A DNA stretch of 64,000 bases. Source: Calditrichales bacterium. Its GTDB lineage: Bacteria > Calditrichota > Calditrichia > Calditrichales > J004. This document shows, piece after piece, positions 19,665-28,379 of the stretch (its first letter is position 1; each line of letters starts with the position of its first letter). The stretch covers positions 1,541 to 65,540 of the forward strand of contig WGCN01000099.1 of assembly GCA_015493745.1 (NCBI GenBank). Reading direction: 5' to 3'. The notes beneath the pieces are model-generated. The model was not told where the DNA came from and searched no databases. It was given only the letters and a program-made list of their open reading frames with translations. The position numbers and the translations under genes were made by a program.

Positions 19665-20717
19665 ATGAAAATGACCTTTCGCTGGTATGGCGCGGACGAT
19701 CCGGTGACGTTGCAAAAAATCAGACAGATTCCCGTGGTGGCGGGTATTGTCAGCGCTTTGTATGATGTTCCGGTGGGGGCAGCCTGGCCTTTGGAAAAAA
19801 TTGTAGCCTTGAAGGAGAGGGTTGAGGGGGCCGGTCTCCGTCTGGAGGTGATCGAGAGTATTCCGGTGCATGAGGATATAAAGCTGGGCCGGCCGGAACG
19901 GGAGCGCTGGGTGGATCATTACATGCAAAGCATCGAAAATATGGGCCGGGCCGGCATTCCGGTTTTATGCTATAACTTTATGCCTGTTTTCGACTGGACA
20001 CGCACCGATCTGTCTTTGAGAATGGCCGACGGCTCCGACACCCTGAGTTACAGGGATGCCGCCTTGCGGGAGATCGATCTGAGCCGGGGCACGGGGGAAC
20101 TGCCGGGCTGGGCGGCCGCCTACACCGCCGGTGAGCTGAACAGGCTTTTGGAAGCCTACAAGGCCGTGGACGGGGAACGTTTATGGGACAATCTGGCCTG
20201 GTTTCTGGAGCGTGTGGTGCCGGTGGCGGAAAAAAGCGGCGTCAAAATGGCCATCCACCCCGATGATCCGCCCTGGTCCATTTTCGGGCTGCCGCGTATC
20301 ATCACCAATGAGGAGAATATCAACCGCCTGTTGAGTCTGGTAGATAGTCCGGCCAATGGGATCACCTTTTGTACCGGCTCTCTGGGGCCCCTGCCGGAAA
20401 ACGATCTGCCGGGCATGGTGCGCCGTATTGGGGGCCGTGGCCGTATTCATTTTGCCCACTGCCGCAATATCCGGCGCGTTGGCGCCCGGGACTTTTATGA
20501 AACGGCCCATCCCGGAGCAGCGGGCGATGTGGACATGGCCGCTGTTTTGAAGGCCTATAGGGAAACCGGTTTCCGCGGCCCCATGCGTCCCGATCACGGC
20601 CGCATGATCTGGGGGGAAGCGGGGCGCCCCGGTTACGGTTTATACGATCGCGCTTTGGGCGCCATGTATCTGTACGGACTTTGGGAAGGATGTTCAGGGG
20701 AAAGGAAAAAAGGATGA
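19665..20717 (+). CDS. uxuA: mannonate dehydratase
   Basis: The N-terminus MKMTFRWYGADDPV mirrors E. coli UxuA (TWRWYGPNDPV). 350 aa, in an operon context. Confidence 0.9.
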   Translation: MKMTFRWYGADDPVTLQKIRQIPVVAGIVSALYDVPVGAAWPLEKIVALKERVEGAGLRLEVIESIPVHEDIKLGRPERERWVDHYMQSIENMGRAGIPVLCYNFMPVFDWTRTDLSLRMADGSDTLSYRDAALREIDLSRGTGELPGWAAAYTAGELNRLLEAYKAVDGERLWDNLAWFLERVVPVAEKSGVKMAIHPDDPPWSIFGLPRIITNEENINRLLSLVDSPANGITFCTGSLGPLPENDLPGMVRRIGGRGRIHFAHCRNIRRVGARDFYETAHPGAAGDVDMAAVLKAYRETGFRGPMRPDHGRMIWGEAGRPGYGLYDRALGAMYLYGLWEGCSGERKKG

Positions 20718-21355
20718 GTCGCAAGGAGATAACCCGCAAAATAATGGAAAGCGGGGCGGTGGCCGTGGTGCGCCTGCCCGATGCGGATAAGTTGCTTAAG
20801 GCGGCCGCGGCCCTGCGTCTGGGCGGGCTGGAAGCCATCGAGATCACCATGACCACCCCCGGCGCCTTGCAGGCCATAAGCCGCCTGGCCGGTGAAGGGT
20901 TCTTTGTGGGAGTGGGATCGGTACTGGACGGGGCAACCGCCCGCCGGGCCGTTGAGGCGGGGGCCCGTTATGTGGTTTCGCCGGTTTATAAAAAAGAGAT
21001 CATCGAAGCGGCTCATGCCGGGGAGGTGCCGGCCCTGCCGGGCGCCTTTTCGCCCACGGAAATTCAACAGGCTTTTGAGGCGGGGGCGGATATCGTCAAG
21101 GTTTTCCCGGCTAATATTTCCGGTATGGCCTTTTTTAAAGCGGTGCTGGCGCCCATGCCCCACCTCAGGCTGATGCCCACCGGGGGCGTCACCGTGGAAA
21201 ATGCCGGAGAGTGGATCCGGGCCGGCGCCTGTGCCGTGGGGGTTGGTTCCGCCCTGTTGAACAAGGAAATCATCGCACGTGGGGAGTGGGAACTGCTAAC
21301 CCGCCGCGCCCGCGAACTGTGTGATAATATTAAGGTTGCCCGTGCAAAGGGCTGA
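20714..21355 (+). CDS. eda: 2-dehydro-3-deoxyphosphogluconate (KDPG) aldolase
   Basis: The motifs AVAVVR, EITMTTPGAL, GVGSVLD, YVVSP, PGAFSPTE, GADIVKVFPA and MPTGGV are the Eda signature blocks. The ATG at 20714 overlaps the uxuA stop (ATGA). Confidence 0.85.
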   Translation: MSRKEITRKIMESGAVAVVRLPDADKLLKAAAALRLGGLEAIEITMTTPGALQAISRLAGEGFFVGVGSVLDGATARRAVEAGARYVVSPVYKKEIIEAAHAGEVPALPGAFSPTEIQQAFEAGADIVKVFPANISGMAFFKAVLAPMPHLRLMPTGGVTVENAGEWIRAGACAVGVGSALLNKEIIARGEWELLTRRARELCDNIKVARAKG

Positions 21356-21379
21356 TGCAATCGGAAAGGGAGGGTAAAT

Positions 21380-22408
21380 ATGAAAGTTGTGACATTCGGC
21401 GAGATTATGCTGCGTCTTTCCACACCCGGTTTTAGCCGCTTTATGCAGGCTGATCGATTTGATGTGCATTATGGCGGCGGTGAGGCCAACGTGGCGGTTT
21501 CCCTGGCCAACTTTGGCCTGCAAAGCGCCTTTGTAACCCGCCTGCCGGAGAATGAACTGGGGCAGGCCGCCGTGAATATGCTGCGCGGGCATGGGGTGGA
21601 TACAAGCCATATCCTGCGTGGCGGCGAGCGTATCGGGATATATTTTCTGGAAACCGGCGCCAGCCAGCGCCCCTCAAAGGTGATCTATGACCGGGCACAT
21701 TCCGCTGTTTCCGCCATTGACGGCCGGGAGGTGGACTGGGGTGCGCTCTTCCGGGATGCGGGCTGGTTTCACTGGACGGGGATCACTCCCGCCCTGGGAG
21801 AGCCCTGCCGCCAGGCCCTGGAGATGGCCTGCGCCGCCGCCCGCCGGGCCGGTGTTACCATAAGCTGCGATCTTAATTACCGCAAAAAACTGTGGAGCCC
21901 GCGGGAAGCGCAACAGGTGATGCAACCGCTGATGAGCTATGTGGATGTTTGTATCGCCAATGAGGAGGATGCGCAAAAAAGTCTCGGCCTGACCATTTCC
22001 GCCGGCGATGTAGACAAGGGGCAGCTGAACATGGAGGCTTATGCTGAAACGGCCCGGACATTGAAAAAGCGCTACGGATTTAAAACGGTAGCCATCACCT
22101 TAAGGGAGAGCCGTTCCGCCTCCGAAAACGGCTGGAGCGCCCTTTTGCTTGATAACAGGGATTGTAAAACCCCGGCGCTGTCCCGCAAATACACCATTCG
22201 GCTGGTGGATCGCGTGGGCGGGGGAGACGCCTTTGCCGCCGGTCTGATTTACGGCCTGTTGACCAGGGAGAAAAGCCGGGAGGCCCTGGAGTTTGCCGTG
22301 GCTGCATCCTGTCTTAAGCAGACCATTCCCGGAGATGTTAACCTGGTTAGCGCGGAGGAGGTGGAAAAACTGGCGACCGGCGGTGGCGGCGGCCGCGTGG
22401 AACGGTGA
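21380..22408 (+). CDS. kdgK: 2-dehydro-3-deoxygluconokinase (PfkB family)
   Basis: The N-terminus [30 protein letters not shown] and the C-terminal [17 protein letters not shown] are typical of KdgK. Confidence 0.85.
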   Translation: MKVVTFGEIMLRLSTPGFSRFMQADRFDVHYGGGEANVAVSLANFGLQSAFVTRLPENELGQAAVNMLRGHGVDTSHILRGGERIGIYFLETGASQRPSKVIYDRAHSAVSAIDGREVDWGALFRDAGWFHWTGITPALGEPCRQALEMACAAARRAGVTISCDLNYRKKLWSPREAQQVMQPLMSYVDVCIANEEDAQKSLGLTISAGDVDKGQLNMEAYAETARTLKKRYGFKTVAITLRESRSASENGWSALLLDNRDCKTPALSRKYTIRLVDRVGGGDAFAAGLIYGLLTREKSREALEFAVAASCLKQTIPGDVNLVSAEEVEKLATGGGGGRVER

Positions 22409-22550
22409 CGTAACCACTAAATTCTTTATTCTGCCGTTGGATAATTTCGCGTTGAATTGTTGTGTTTATAAAAGTATCTATAACCTTAAAAGTTGTTGGT
22501 GAGAGAAGCGCCGGCAACCTCAGCTTTAACCCGATTAACCGAGTATTTGA

Positions 22551-23621
22551 ATGATTCCCCTAAGTAAAGAAAAAGCATCCCTGTTAAGCATGGGCGGTGT
22601 TTTTGTCCCCAGTCCCCTGGCCCTGACGCCGGAAAAGACGATGGACGAATCCTACCAGCGTCTGCTCACCCTGTATTACATCCGTAGCGGCGCCCGTTCC
22701 GTTGTACCGGCAGCGCATACCGGTGAGTTTGCCTTGAATGATTTGGGGCTTTATGAACGGTGGCTTAAAATCGTTATGGAAATGACCCGGCAATATGGCC
22801 GGGATATGGTCAATATTGCCGCCGTTAGCGGGAAGGAGGCCGTAAAACAGGCCGGGATCGCCGCCGCCGCCGGTTATGACCTGGTGTTGCTGGCCCCGAC
22901 CGCCTTTTCCGGCAGGTCGCCGGAAAAGGTTGTGGCGCTGGTACGGGAGATAGCCTCGGTTATTCCCGTGCTGGCCTTTGAACTGCAACGGGCCATTCCC
23001 GGCAGCTACCCTTTTACCCCCGCCTTGTGGCGTGAGCTTTTTACCATCGTTTACGGGGCCAAGGGGGCCTCGTTTGACACTTACCGTTCGCTGGTGATGC
23101 TGGAGGCGGCCGCGCTAGCCGCGAACCGCGAACATCTGATATTGCTGACCGGAAATGACGACAGGATTGTCAGCGATCTGGCAGGAGAGTATTCCTTTTT
23201 CAAAGAGGGTGAAAAAAAGAGTGTCCGCTATGCCGGTGGTTTGCTGGGGCACTTTGCCACGGATACCCACGCCGTAAACCGCTGGGTAAAAGCGCTTATG
23301 GATAACCGGGCGGGCGATGGCTGGGACTTTCCCCTTTCCCGCGAAGAACTGGCGCATGCCGTTAACCATTGCAATATGGTGCTTTTTGACGCCCTGGGCA
23401 ATTTTGAAAACTCGGTGTGGGGTGTAAAGTACCGCCTGAGCCGTTTAGGGTTGTTACCCGCGCCCGTATGCTTCAGCGAAACGGGTCGGCCGGGGCAGGC
23501 GGAGGCCATCGATGCTGTTTACGGCAGCTATCCCGATTTATGTGACGAGGCCTTTTTGCGCGAAGAAATGAGTTATCTTAAAAAGGAAACCGGCATAAAA
23601 GAGAAGACGGGGGGCGCATGA
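22551..23621 (+). CDS. DapA-like (class I aldolase / dihydrodipicolinate synthase superfamily) protein of unknown specificity
   Basis: PAAHTGEFALN aligns with the GTTGE block and VYGAKGASFD with the catalytic-Lys block (iKdssgd) of DapA/NAL-family TIM barrels. At 356 aa it is longer than DapA. Confidence 0.4.
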   Translation: MIPLSKEKASLLSMGGVFVPSPLALTPEKTMDESYQRLLTLYYIRSGARSVVPAAHTGEFALNDLGLYERWLKIVMEMTRQYGRDMVNIAAVSGKEAVKQAGIAAAAGYDLVLLAPTAFSGRSPEKVVALVREIASVIPVLAFELQRAIPGSYPFTPALWRELFTIVYGAKGASFDTYRSLVMLEAAALAANREHLILLTGNDDRIVSDLAGEYSFFKEGEKKSVRYAGGLLGHFATDTHAVNRWVKALMDNRAGDGWDFPLSREELAHAVNHCNMVLFDALGNFENSVWGVKYRLSRLGLLPAPVCFSETGRPGQAEAIDAVYGSYPDLCDEAFLREEMSYLKKETGIKEKTGGA

Positions 23622-24652
23622 GATACAACGAAATACGTACCGGGCAGGATTTATGGCAATTTATGACCCGTCCTTCGGAAACGCTGACGGCCTTTCTGGC
23701 CAGGGAAAAAGGGGATATTTCCGTTCTGGGCGGCAGCGGCAAAATGGGCAAGGAGCTGACGGCGCTGATAAAAAACACCGATAAGATAAACGGCGTTAAA
23801 AGGAACATCTTTGTGGCTTCCACTTTCTCCAATCCGGAAGATAAGACGTTGCTGGAGGAGTTGGGCGCCATTTGCCTGCAAGGGGACATCTCCTCGGAAT
23901 CTTTTTTAAAGGGATTGCCCGTTACGCCGCACATGGTCTATATGGTCGGTTTTAAGTTCGGCAGCTCCGGAGACTACCGCAAGGCCTTTCACATCAACTC
24001 CATCGTGCCTTATCTGGTTGGGTCGAAATACGGCAAATCAAACAATGTGGTCTTTTCATCGGGCAACCCCTACCCGCATACTTCCGCTACCGGTGAAGGT
24101 TGTGTGGAAAGCGAGGCACTTCAACCCACCGGTATCTATGGCTGGACGATCATCGCCCGCGAGAGTTCCTTTAAAACCACGGCTATGTTATACCCGGATC
24201 AGAAAAACAGCTTTTACCGCCTGATGTATGCCCAGCATCTTAACTACGGTGTGTTGGTCGATCTGGCCCGCATGGTTAAAAACGGCGAACCGGTTTCCCT
24301 GGCCATGCCGGCGGTAAACCTGATCTCGCAAAGGGACGCCAATGAAATAGCCATCCGCTGCCTGGGGGAATGTTTGCCGGGGGAGGGATTGACCCTCAAT
24401 GTGGCCGGCCCCGTTTGGCAGGTAAGGGATATTGTAGAGCGTATCGCGCATCATATGGGCAAAAAAGCGTTGTTTGCCGGTGAGGAACATGAAGAAGCCC
24501 TGCTGGCCAACGATGCTCTGTGCCGTTCTTTGTTTGGCGAATACCGTGACCGGGGAGAAGAGATGATCGAAGCCGCGGCACATTGGATTAAGAATGACGG
24601 CCCGGTGTGGCACAAACCTACTTATTTTGGAAAAGTGAATCACCAATATTAA
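23618..24652 (+). CDS. NAD(P)-dependent epimerase/dehydratase-fold protein
   Basis: Rossmann motif VLGGSGKMGKEL. 344 aa. The start overlaps the upstream stop (ATGA). Confidence 0.55.
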   Translation: MRYNEIRTGQDLWQFMTRPSETLTAFLAREKGDISVLGGSGKMGKELTALIKNTDKINGVKRNIFVASTFSNPEDKTLLEELGAICLQGDISSESFLKGLPVTPHMVYMVGFKFGSSGDYRKAFHINSIVPYLVGSKYGKSNNVVFSSGNPYPHTSATGEGCVESEALQPTGIYGWTIIARESSFKTTAMLYPDQKNSFYRLMYAQHLNYGVLVDLARMVKNGEPVSLAMPAVNLISQRDANEIAIRCLGECLPGEGLTLNVAGPVWQVRDIVERIAHHMGKKALFAGEEHEEALLANDALCRSLFGEYRDRGEEMIEAAAHWIKNDGPVWHKPTYFGKVNHQY

Positions 24653-24715
24653 ATCCGTAAGACCGGCGGAAGTAAGGACCACCGCGGGAAAACGGATTAA
24701 ACGGACGGTAAAAAC

Positions 24716-25885
24716 GTGGAAACACAAAAGATAAAACTGGGTCCGCAACAGATGAAGCTATACGGCTTTGTCTGTTTTTTTGATCCACAGGGCTTTAAGC
24801 TCCGTGGGGAAGATAACAGGCGTGTGCGCCTGTCCCTGAAAAAATCAGCGGCTCAGGAAGAAATTATTGAAATTGACAATGCCGATCAGCCGCTGATACC
24901 CCTTTCCCGGGAACGCGGGGCCAGGCTGGCCGGGCAGGAGCCGTTCCGCGTGGTATCGGGCGACGATGATGGCGGCGAGGCCGTTTACCTGCTCAGTGCC
25001 CGCACCGGCTGGAATCAGACGCGCACGTTTTTGCAGAAGCTCATAGCATCGGAAAGCAACGCTCTGTTCATGGCCCGGTATCTGGTGGCGGGTAACGAGG
25101 TCTATCTTGGCAGCGGTGATGTTTTCAGGGCGGATGAAACCCTTTTCTGGATAGGCATGGTTCTGGTCCATCCCGAGGTGCAAAAGCAGGGCATTGCCAG
25201 GCGGTTGTTGCAGACCTGTCTGGAATACAGCTACAATGAGAATCGTAATGCCGTTGTCGGTCTGGATGCCACGCCGATGGGTAAGCCCCTGTATAAGCGG
25301 CTGGGTTTCCGGGATAGTTTCAATATCTGGCTGTGTACCCTGCCCTTAAAAAGGCACTCCTTTGACCTGAAGGGCGAGCTGAATATCGAAAAAATTTCCC
25401 ACGGTTCCCGTTTGCAGGCCTATCTGGATGAGCGGCTGGTATCGGGTAAGGGGGGCCAGACGGCTCTTTTACAGTCTCTGGGTGACGACGGATGTTTTCT
25501 GGCCCTGAAACGGGGGCGGGTTGTGGGGGTTGTCTTCAGCCGCCCCGGCAGAATAAAGCCCCATGTGGGCCCCTTGATAGCCGATTCTCCGCTGATAGCC
25601 GCCGCCCTGCTGCAAAAGGTGTGTGATCACTGGCTGAAGAGAGGTGAGCATAGTTTGTTTATGATGATCCCCGAACAACATTTTAATGAAACGGGGCAGG
25701 GCAGCTGCCGGGAATGGGAATTTTGTCTGCCCTTCAGGGTGACGTGCGAGCGGATTCTTACCCGCATGTACCATATCCCGGCGGAAGGGGAGAGTCATAT
25801 TCAAAAGATTGAAAACTATATGGAACGTGAACAACGGGAAGTATTGCCCACCTTGTTTGCCATAGGCGGGGCGGAAATAAGTTAG
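24716..25885 (+). CDS. GNAT-family N-acetyltransferase with an extra N-terminal domain
   Basis: Acetyl-CoA motif VHPEVQKQGIARRLLQTCLEY. GTG start; an alternative ATG exists at 24752. Confidence 0.6.
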   Translation: METQKIKLGPQQMKLYGFVCFFDPQGFKLRGEDNRRVRLSLKKSAAQEEIIEIDNADQPLIPLSRERGARLAGQEPFRVVSGDDDGGEAVYLLSARTGWNQTRTFLQKLIASESNALFMARYLVAGNEVYLGSGDVFRADETLFWIGMVLVHPEVQKQGIARRLLQTCLEYSYNENRNAVVGLDATPMGKPLYKRLGFRDSFNIWLCTLPLKRHSFDLKGELNIEKISHGSRLQAYLDERLVSGKGGQTALLQSLGDDGCFLALKRGRVVGVVFSRPGRIKPHVGPLIADSPLIAAALLQKVCDHWLKRGEHSLFMMIPEQHFNETGQGSCREWEFCLPFRVTCERILTRMYHIPAEGESHIQKIENYMEREQREVLPTLFAIGGAEIS

Positions 25886-25891
25886 GAGAAT

Positions 25892-27019
25892 ATGCACAGA
25901 GCCGTAACCATCACCCGGGATTTGATCGCCATCCCGTCTGTAAATGCCATGGGGAAAGCCCATTCCGCGCCGGAGATTTATTCCGAGCGGAAAATGGCTT
26001 TTTACCTGCTTCGCTTTTTGGCCGGGCTCGGCCTGGAAACGGAGATCATTGCCGCCGATGAGCAACATCCCAACATAATGGCCCGCATGGAGGGGGAAAC
26101 CGATGAAACGGTTTTGCTGGAAGCCCACATGGATACGGTTTCGCACCTGAACATGACCATAGACCCCTTTGATCCTAAAATTGAAAACGAACGACTGTAC
26201 GGGCGGGGCTCCTGCGATACCAAGGCTTCCCTGGCCACCTATTTGTACGCCATGGAGTGGCTGGTCAAACATAAGGTTAAGCCCAAAAGAAATCTGATAC
26301 TGCTGGCCGTGCATAACGAGGAGTATAATTTCGGCGGTATCCGGGAGTGTGTCGAAAAAGGGCTGAAGGCGGACTATGCCCTGGTGGGGGAGCCGACCTC
26401 CCTGAACATTATACACGCCCACAAGGGGGTGTGCCGCTTTACGCTGGAGACAAAAGGTAAGAATGCCCACGGAGCCCTGCCCTGGCTGGGGGAAAACGCC
26501 ATCTACGGTATGGCCGATGTTTTGCAGGCCATAAAATCCTATGAAAAATCGCTGAAACGCCTCGTCCACCCCGATCTGGGTTGCGCCACCATCAATGTGG
26601 GCACGATAGAGGGAGGACTGGCGGTGAACATCGTTCCCGACCGTTGCCGTTTGCGGATAGACCGTCGCCTGTTGCCGGGCGAAACGGCCGCTTCGGTCAT
26701 CGCCGGATTAAAAAAGGCCCTGCCGGAAAATGTGCCGCTTACGGTTTCCGGGGCGGAGCTGTTTGCCCCCGCCGTTCATACCCCGCGTACCTCCCGGGTG
26801 TGTGCCCTGGTGGAAGACGCCTGCCGCCGGGCCGGTGTGGAAACCCGTTACGAAACCGCCCATTTCGCCACCGATGCCTCCGTGCTTTCCGCGGCGGGCA
26901 TACCGGCCGTGGTATTCGGGCCGGGATCGATCGAACAGGCACATACGCCGGATGAGTATATCGAAACGGAACAAATTGAAAAAGCCGCGGCGATCATTTT
27001 AAACCTGTTGCAGGAATAA
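25892..27019 (+). CDS. M20-family metallohydrolase (ArgE/DapE-like deacylase)
   Basis: Metal-ligand blocks LLEAHMDTV, GRGSCDTK and HNEEYN, plus the C-terminal GPGSIEQAHTPDEYI, are typical of ArgE/DapE-type enzymes. Confidence 0.75.
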   Translation: MHRAVTITRDLIAIPSVNAMGKAHSAPEIYSERKMAFYLLRFLAGLGLETEIIAADEQHPNIMARMEGETDETVLLEAHMDTVSHLNMTIDPFDPKIENERLYGRGSCDTKASLATYLYAMEWLVKHKVKPKRNLILLAVHNEEYNFGGIRECVEKGLKADYALVGEPTSLNIIHAHKGVCRFTLETKGKNAHGALPWLGENAIYGMADVLQAIKSYEKSLKRLVHPDLGCATINVGTIEGGLAVNIVPDRCRLRIDRRLLPGETAASVIAGLKKALPENVPLTVSGAELFAPAVHTPRTSRVCALVEDACRRAGVETRYETAHFATDASVLSAAGIPAVVFGPGSIEQAHTPDEYIETEQIEKAAAIILNLLQE

Positions 27020-27020
27020 T

Positions 27021-28379
27021 ATGTCTGTCGATATGGAAAAACAGAATCATGCCCTGCATGTGGAGGAAAAAAGGCCCTTTCATGTGATTGCCAAGCCGGG
27101 CGGGGCCATTTGCAATCTGGATTGCGGCTATTGCTTCTATCTTGAAAAAGAGAAGCTTTACCCCCAAACCCGTAAATGGGCCATGCCGCCGGATATCCTG
27201 GAACGGTTTATAAAGCAAAAAATCGAATCCGATGACGCGCCGACGGTGCACTTTGCCTGGCAGGGCGGAGAGCCGACCCTGCTGGGGGTGGATTTCTTCC
27301 GGCGGGTGGTCAGTCTGCAAAAGAAATATGCCGGGGAGAAAAAGATTGAAAATGGTTTCCAGACCAACGGCGTCTTACTCAATGATGAATGGTGCGCTTT
27401 TTTCAGGGAGAACGATTTCCTGATCGGCCTGTCCGTCGACGGTCCCCGGCATGTGCATGACCGTTACCGGGTGGACAAGGGGCAAAAGCCCACCTTTGAC
27501 AAGGTAATGAAAGGTCTGGAAATACTGAAACGTCATGGCGTGGCCTTTAATACCCTGACGGTAGTACACCGGGACAATGCCGCTTTTCCCGTGGAGATAT
27601 ACGAGTTCCTCCGCAAATCGGGCAGTATTTACATGCAATTCATTCCCATCGTTGAACCGGCTTCCGGCGGGAAAGCCCCGGTAACGGAATGGTCTGTTAC
27701 CCCGGAGCAGTGGGGGGACTTTTTAACTACCGTTTTTGATGTGTGGGTCATGCGGGATGTAAGCCGGGTTTACGTGCAGTTGTTCGATGTGGCTTTGGGT
27801 CGCTGGCTGGGCCTGCCATCGGCTTTGTGCCTGTTTGCCGAGCAGTGCGGCGATGCCCTGGCCATAGAACATAACGGCGATCTCTACGCCTGTGATCATT
27901 ATGTATCGCCCCAATATAAGCTGGGAAACATTGCCGGGCAGTCGTTGCTATCCATGGTCAATTCCGCTCGGCAACGGCAGTTCGGCCGGGACAAATCGGA
28001 AACATTGCCGGAGACGTGCCGGCAATGCGAAGTGCTTTTTGCCTGCAACGGAGAGTGTCCCAAGAACCGTCTGGGGCAGGCATCCGGCGGGGAAGAGGGG
28101 CTGAACTATCTGTGCGCGGGCTATAAAAAGTTTTTTCGGCATATCGATCCCTATATGCGCTTTATGGCCGGGGAACTGGCCGCCGGGCGCCCGCCCGCCA
28201 ATGTAATGGTCTGGGCGGCGGAAAGGGCGGGCGGCTTTGCCGCCCGCAGGGCCGGGGCCAACGATCCTTGCCCCTGCGGAAGCGGACTCAAATATAAAAA
28301 ATGTTGTATGAAGTATAAAACAACTTCAGTTAAGGGCGCCGACGGTGGCGCGGGAGTAGAGTATGGAAAAGTCAATTAG
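27021..28379 (+). CDS. anaerobic sulfatase-maturating enzyme (radical SAM/SPASM) with a C-terminal SEC-C motif
   Basis: CNLDCGYC (Cx3Cx2C, 27111-27134), SPASM Cys clusters (CLFAEQCG..ACDHY, CRQCEVLFACNGECPKNR), and a tail CPCGSGLKYKKCC (28269-28307). Confidence 0.85.
   Translation: MSVDMEKQNHALHVEEKRPFHVIAKPGGAICNLDCGYCFYLEKEKLYPQTRKWAMPPDILERFIKQKIESDDAPTVHFAWQGGEPTLLGVDFFRRVVSLQKKYAGEKKIENGFQTNGVLLNDEWCAFFRENDFLIGLSVDGPRHVHDRYRVDKGQKPTFDKVMKGLEILKRHGVAFNTLTVVHRDNAAFPVEIYEFLRKSGSIYMQFIPIVEPASGGKAPVTEWSVTPEQWGDFLTTVFDVWVMRDVSRVYVQLFDVALGRWLGLPSALCLFAEQCGDALAIEHNGDLYACDHYVSPQYKLGNIAGQSLLSMVNSARQRQFGRDKSETLPETCRQCEVLFACNGECPKNRLGQASGGEEGLNYLCAGYKKFFRHIDPYMRFMAGELAAGRPPANVMVWAAERAGGFAARRAGANDPCPCGSGLKYKKCCMKYKTTSVKGADGGAGVEYGKVN

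Noticed and set aside
25469-26569. Long antisense ORFs opposite well-supported genes: 25469-26569 (366 aa), 50038-51477 (479 aa), 13567-14742 (391 aa), 38891-39868, 41222-42181, 46035-46958, 55906-56847 and 35426-36373.
   Set aside because: Each lies entirely within, and antisense to, a gene with clear family motifs. Their translations are low-complexity (rich in G, R, P, A and H) with no recognisable motifs. They are typical shadow ORFs of moderately GC-rich DNA.
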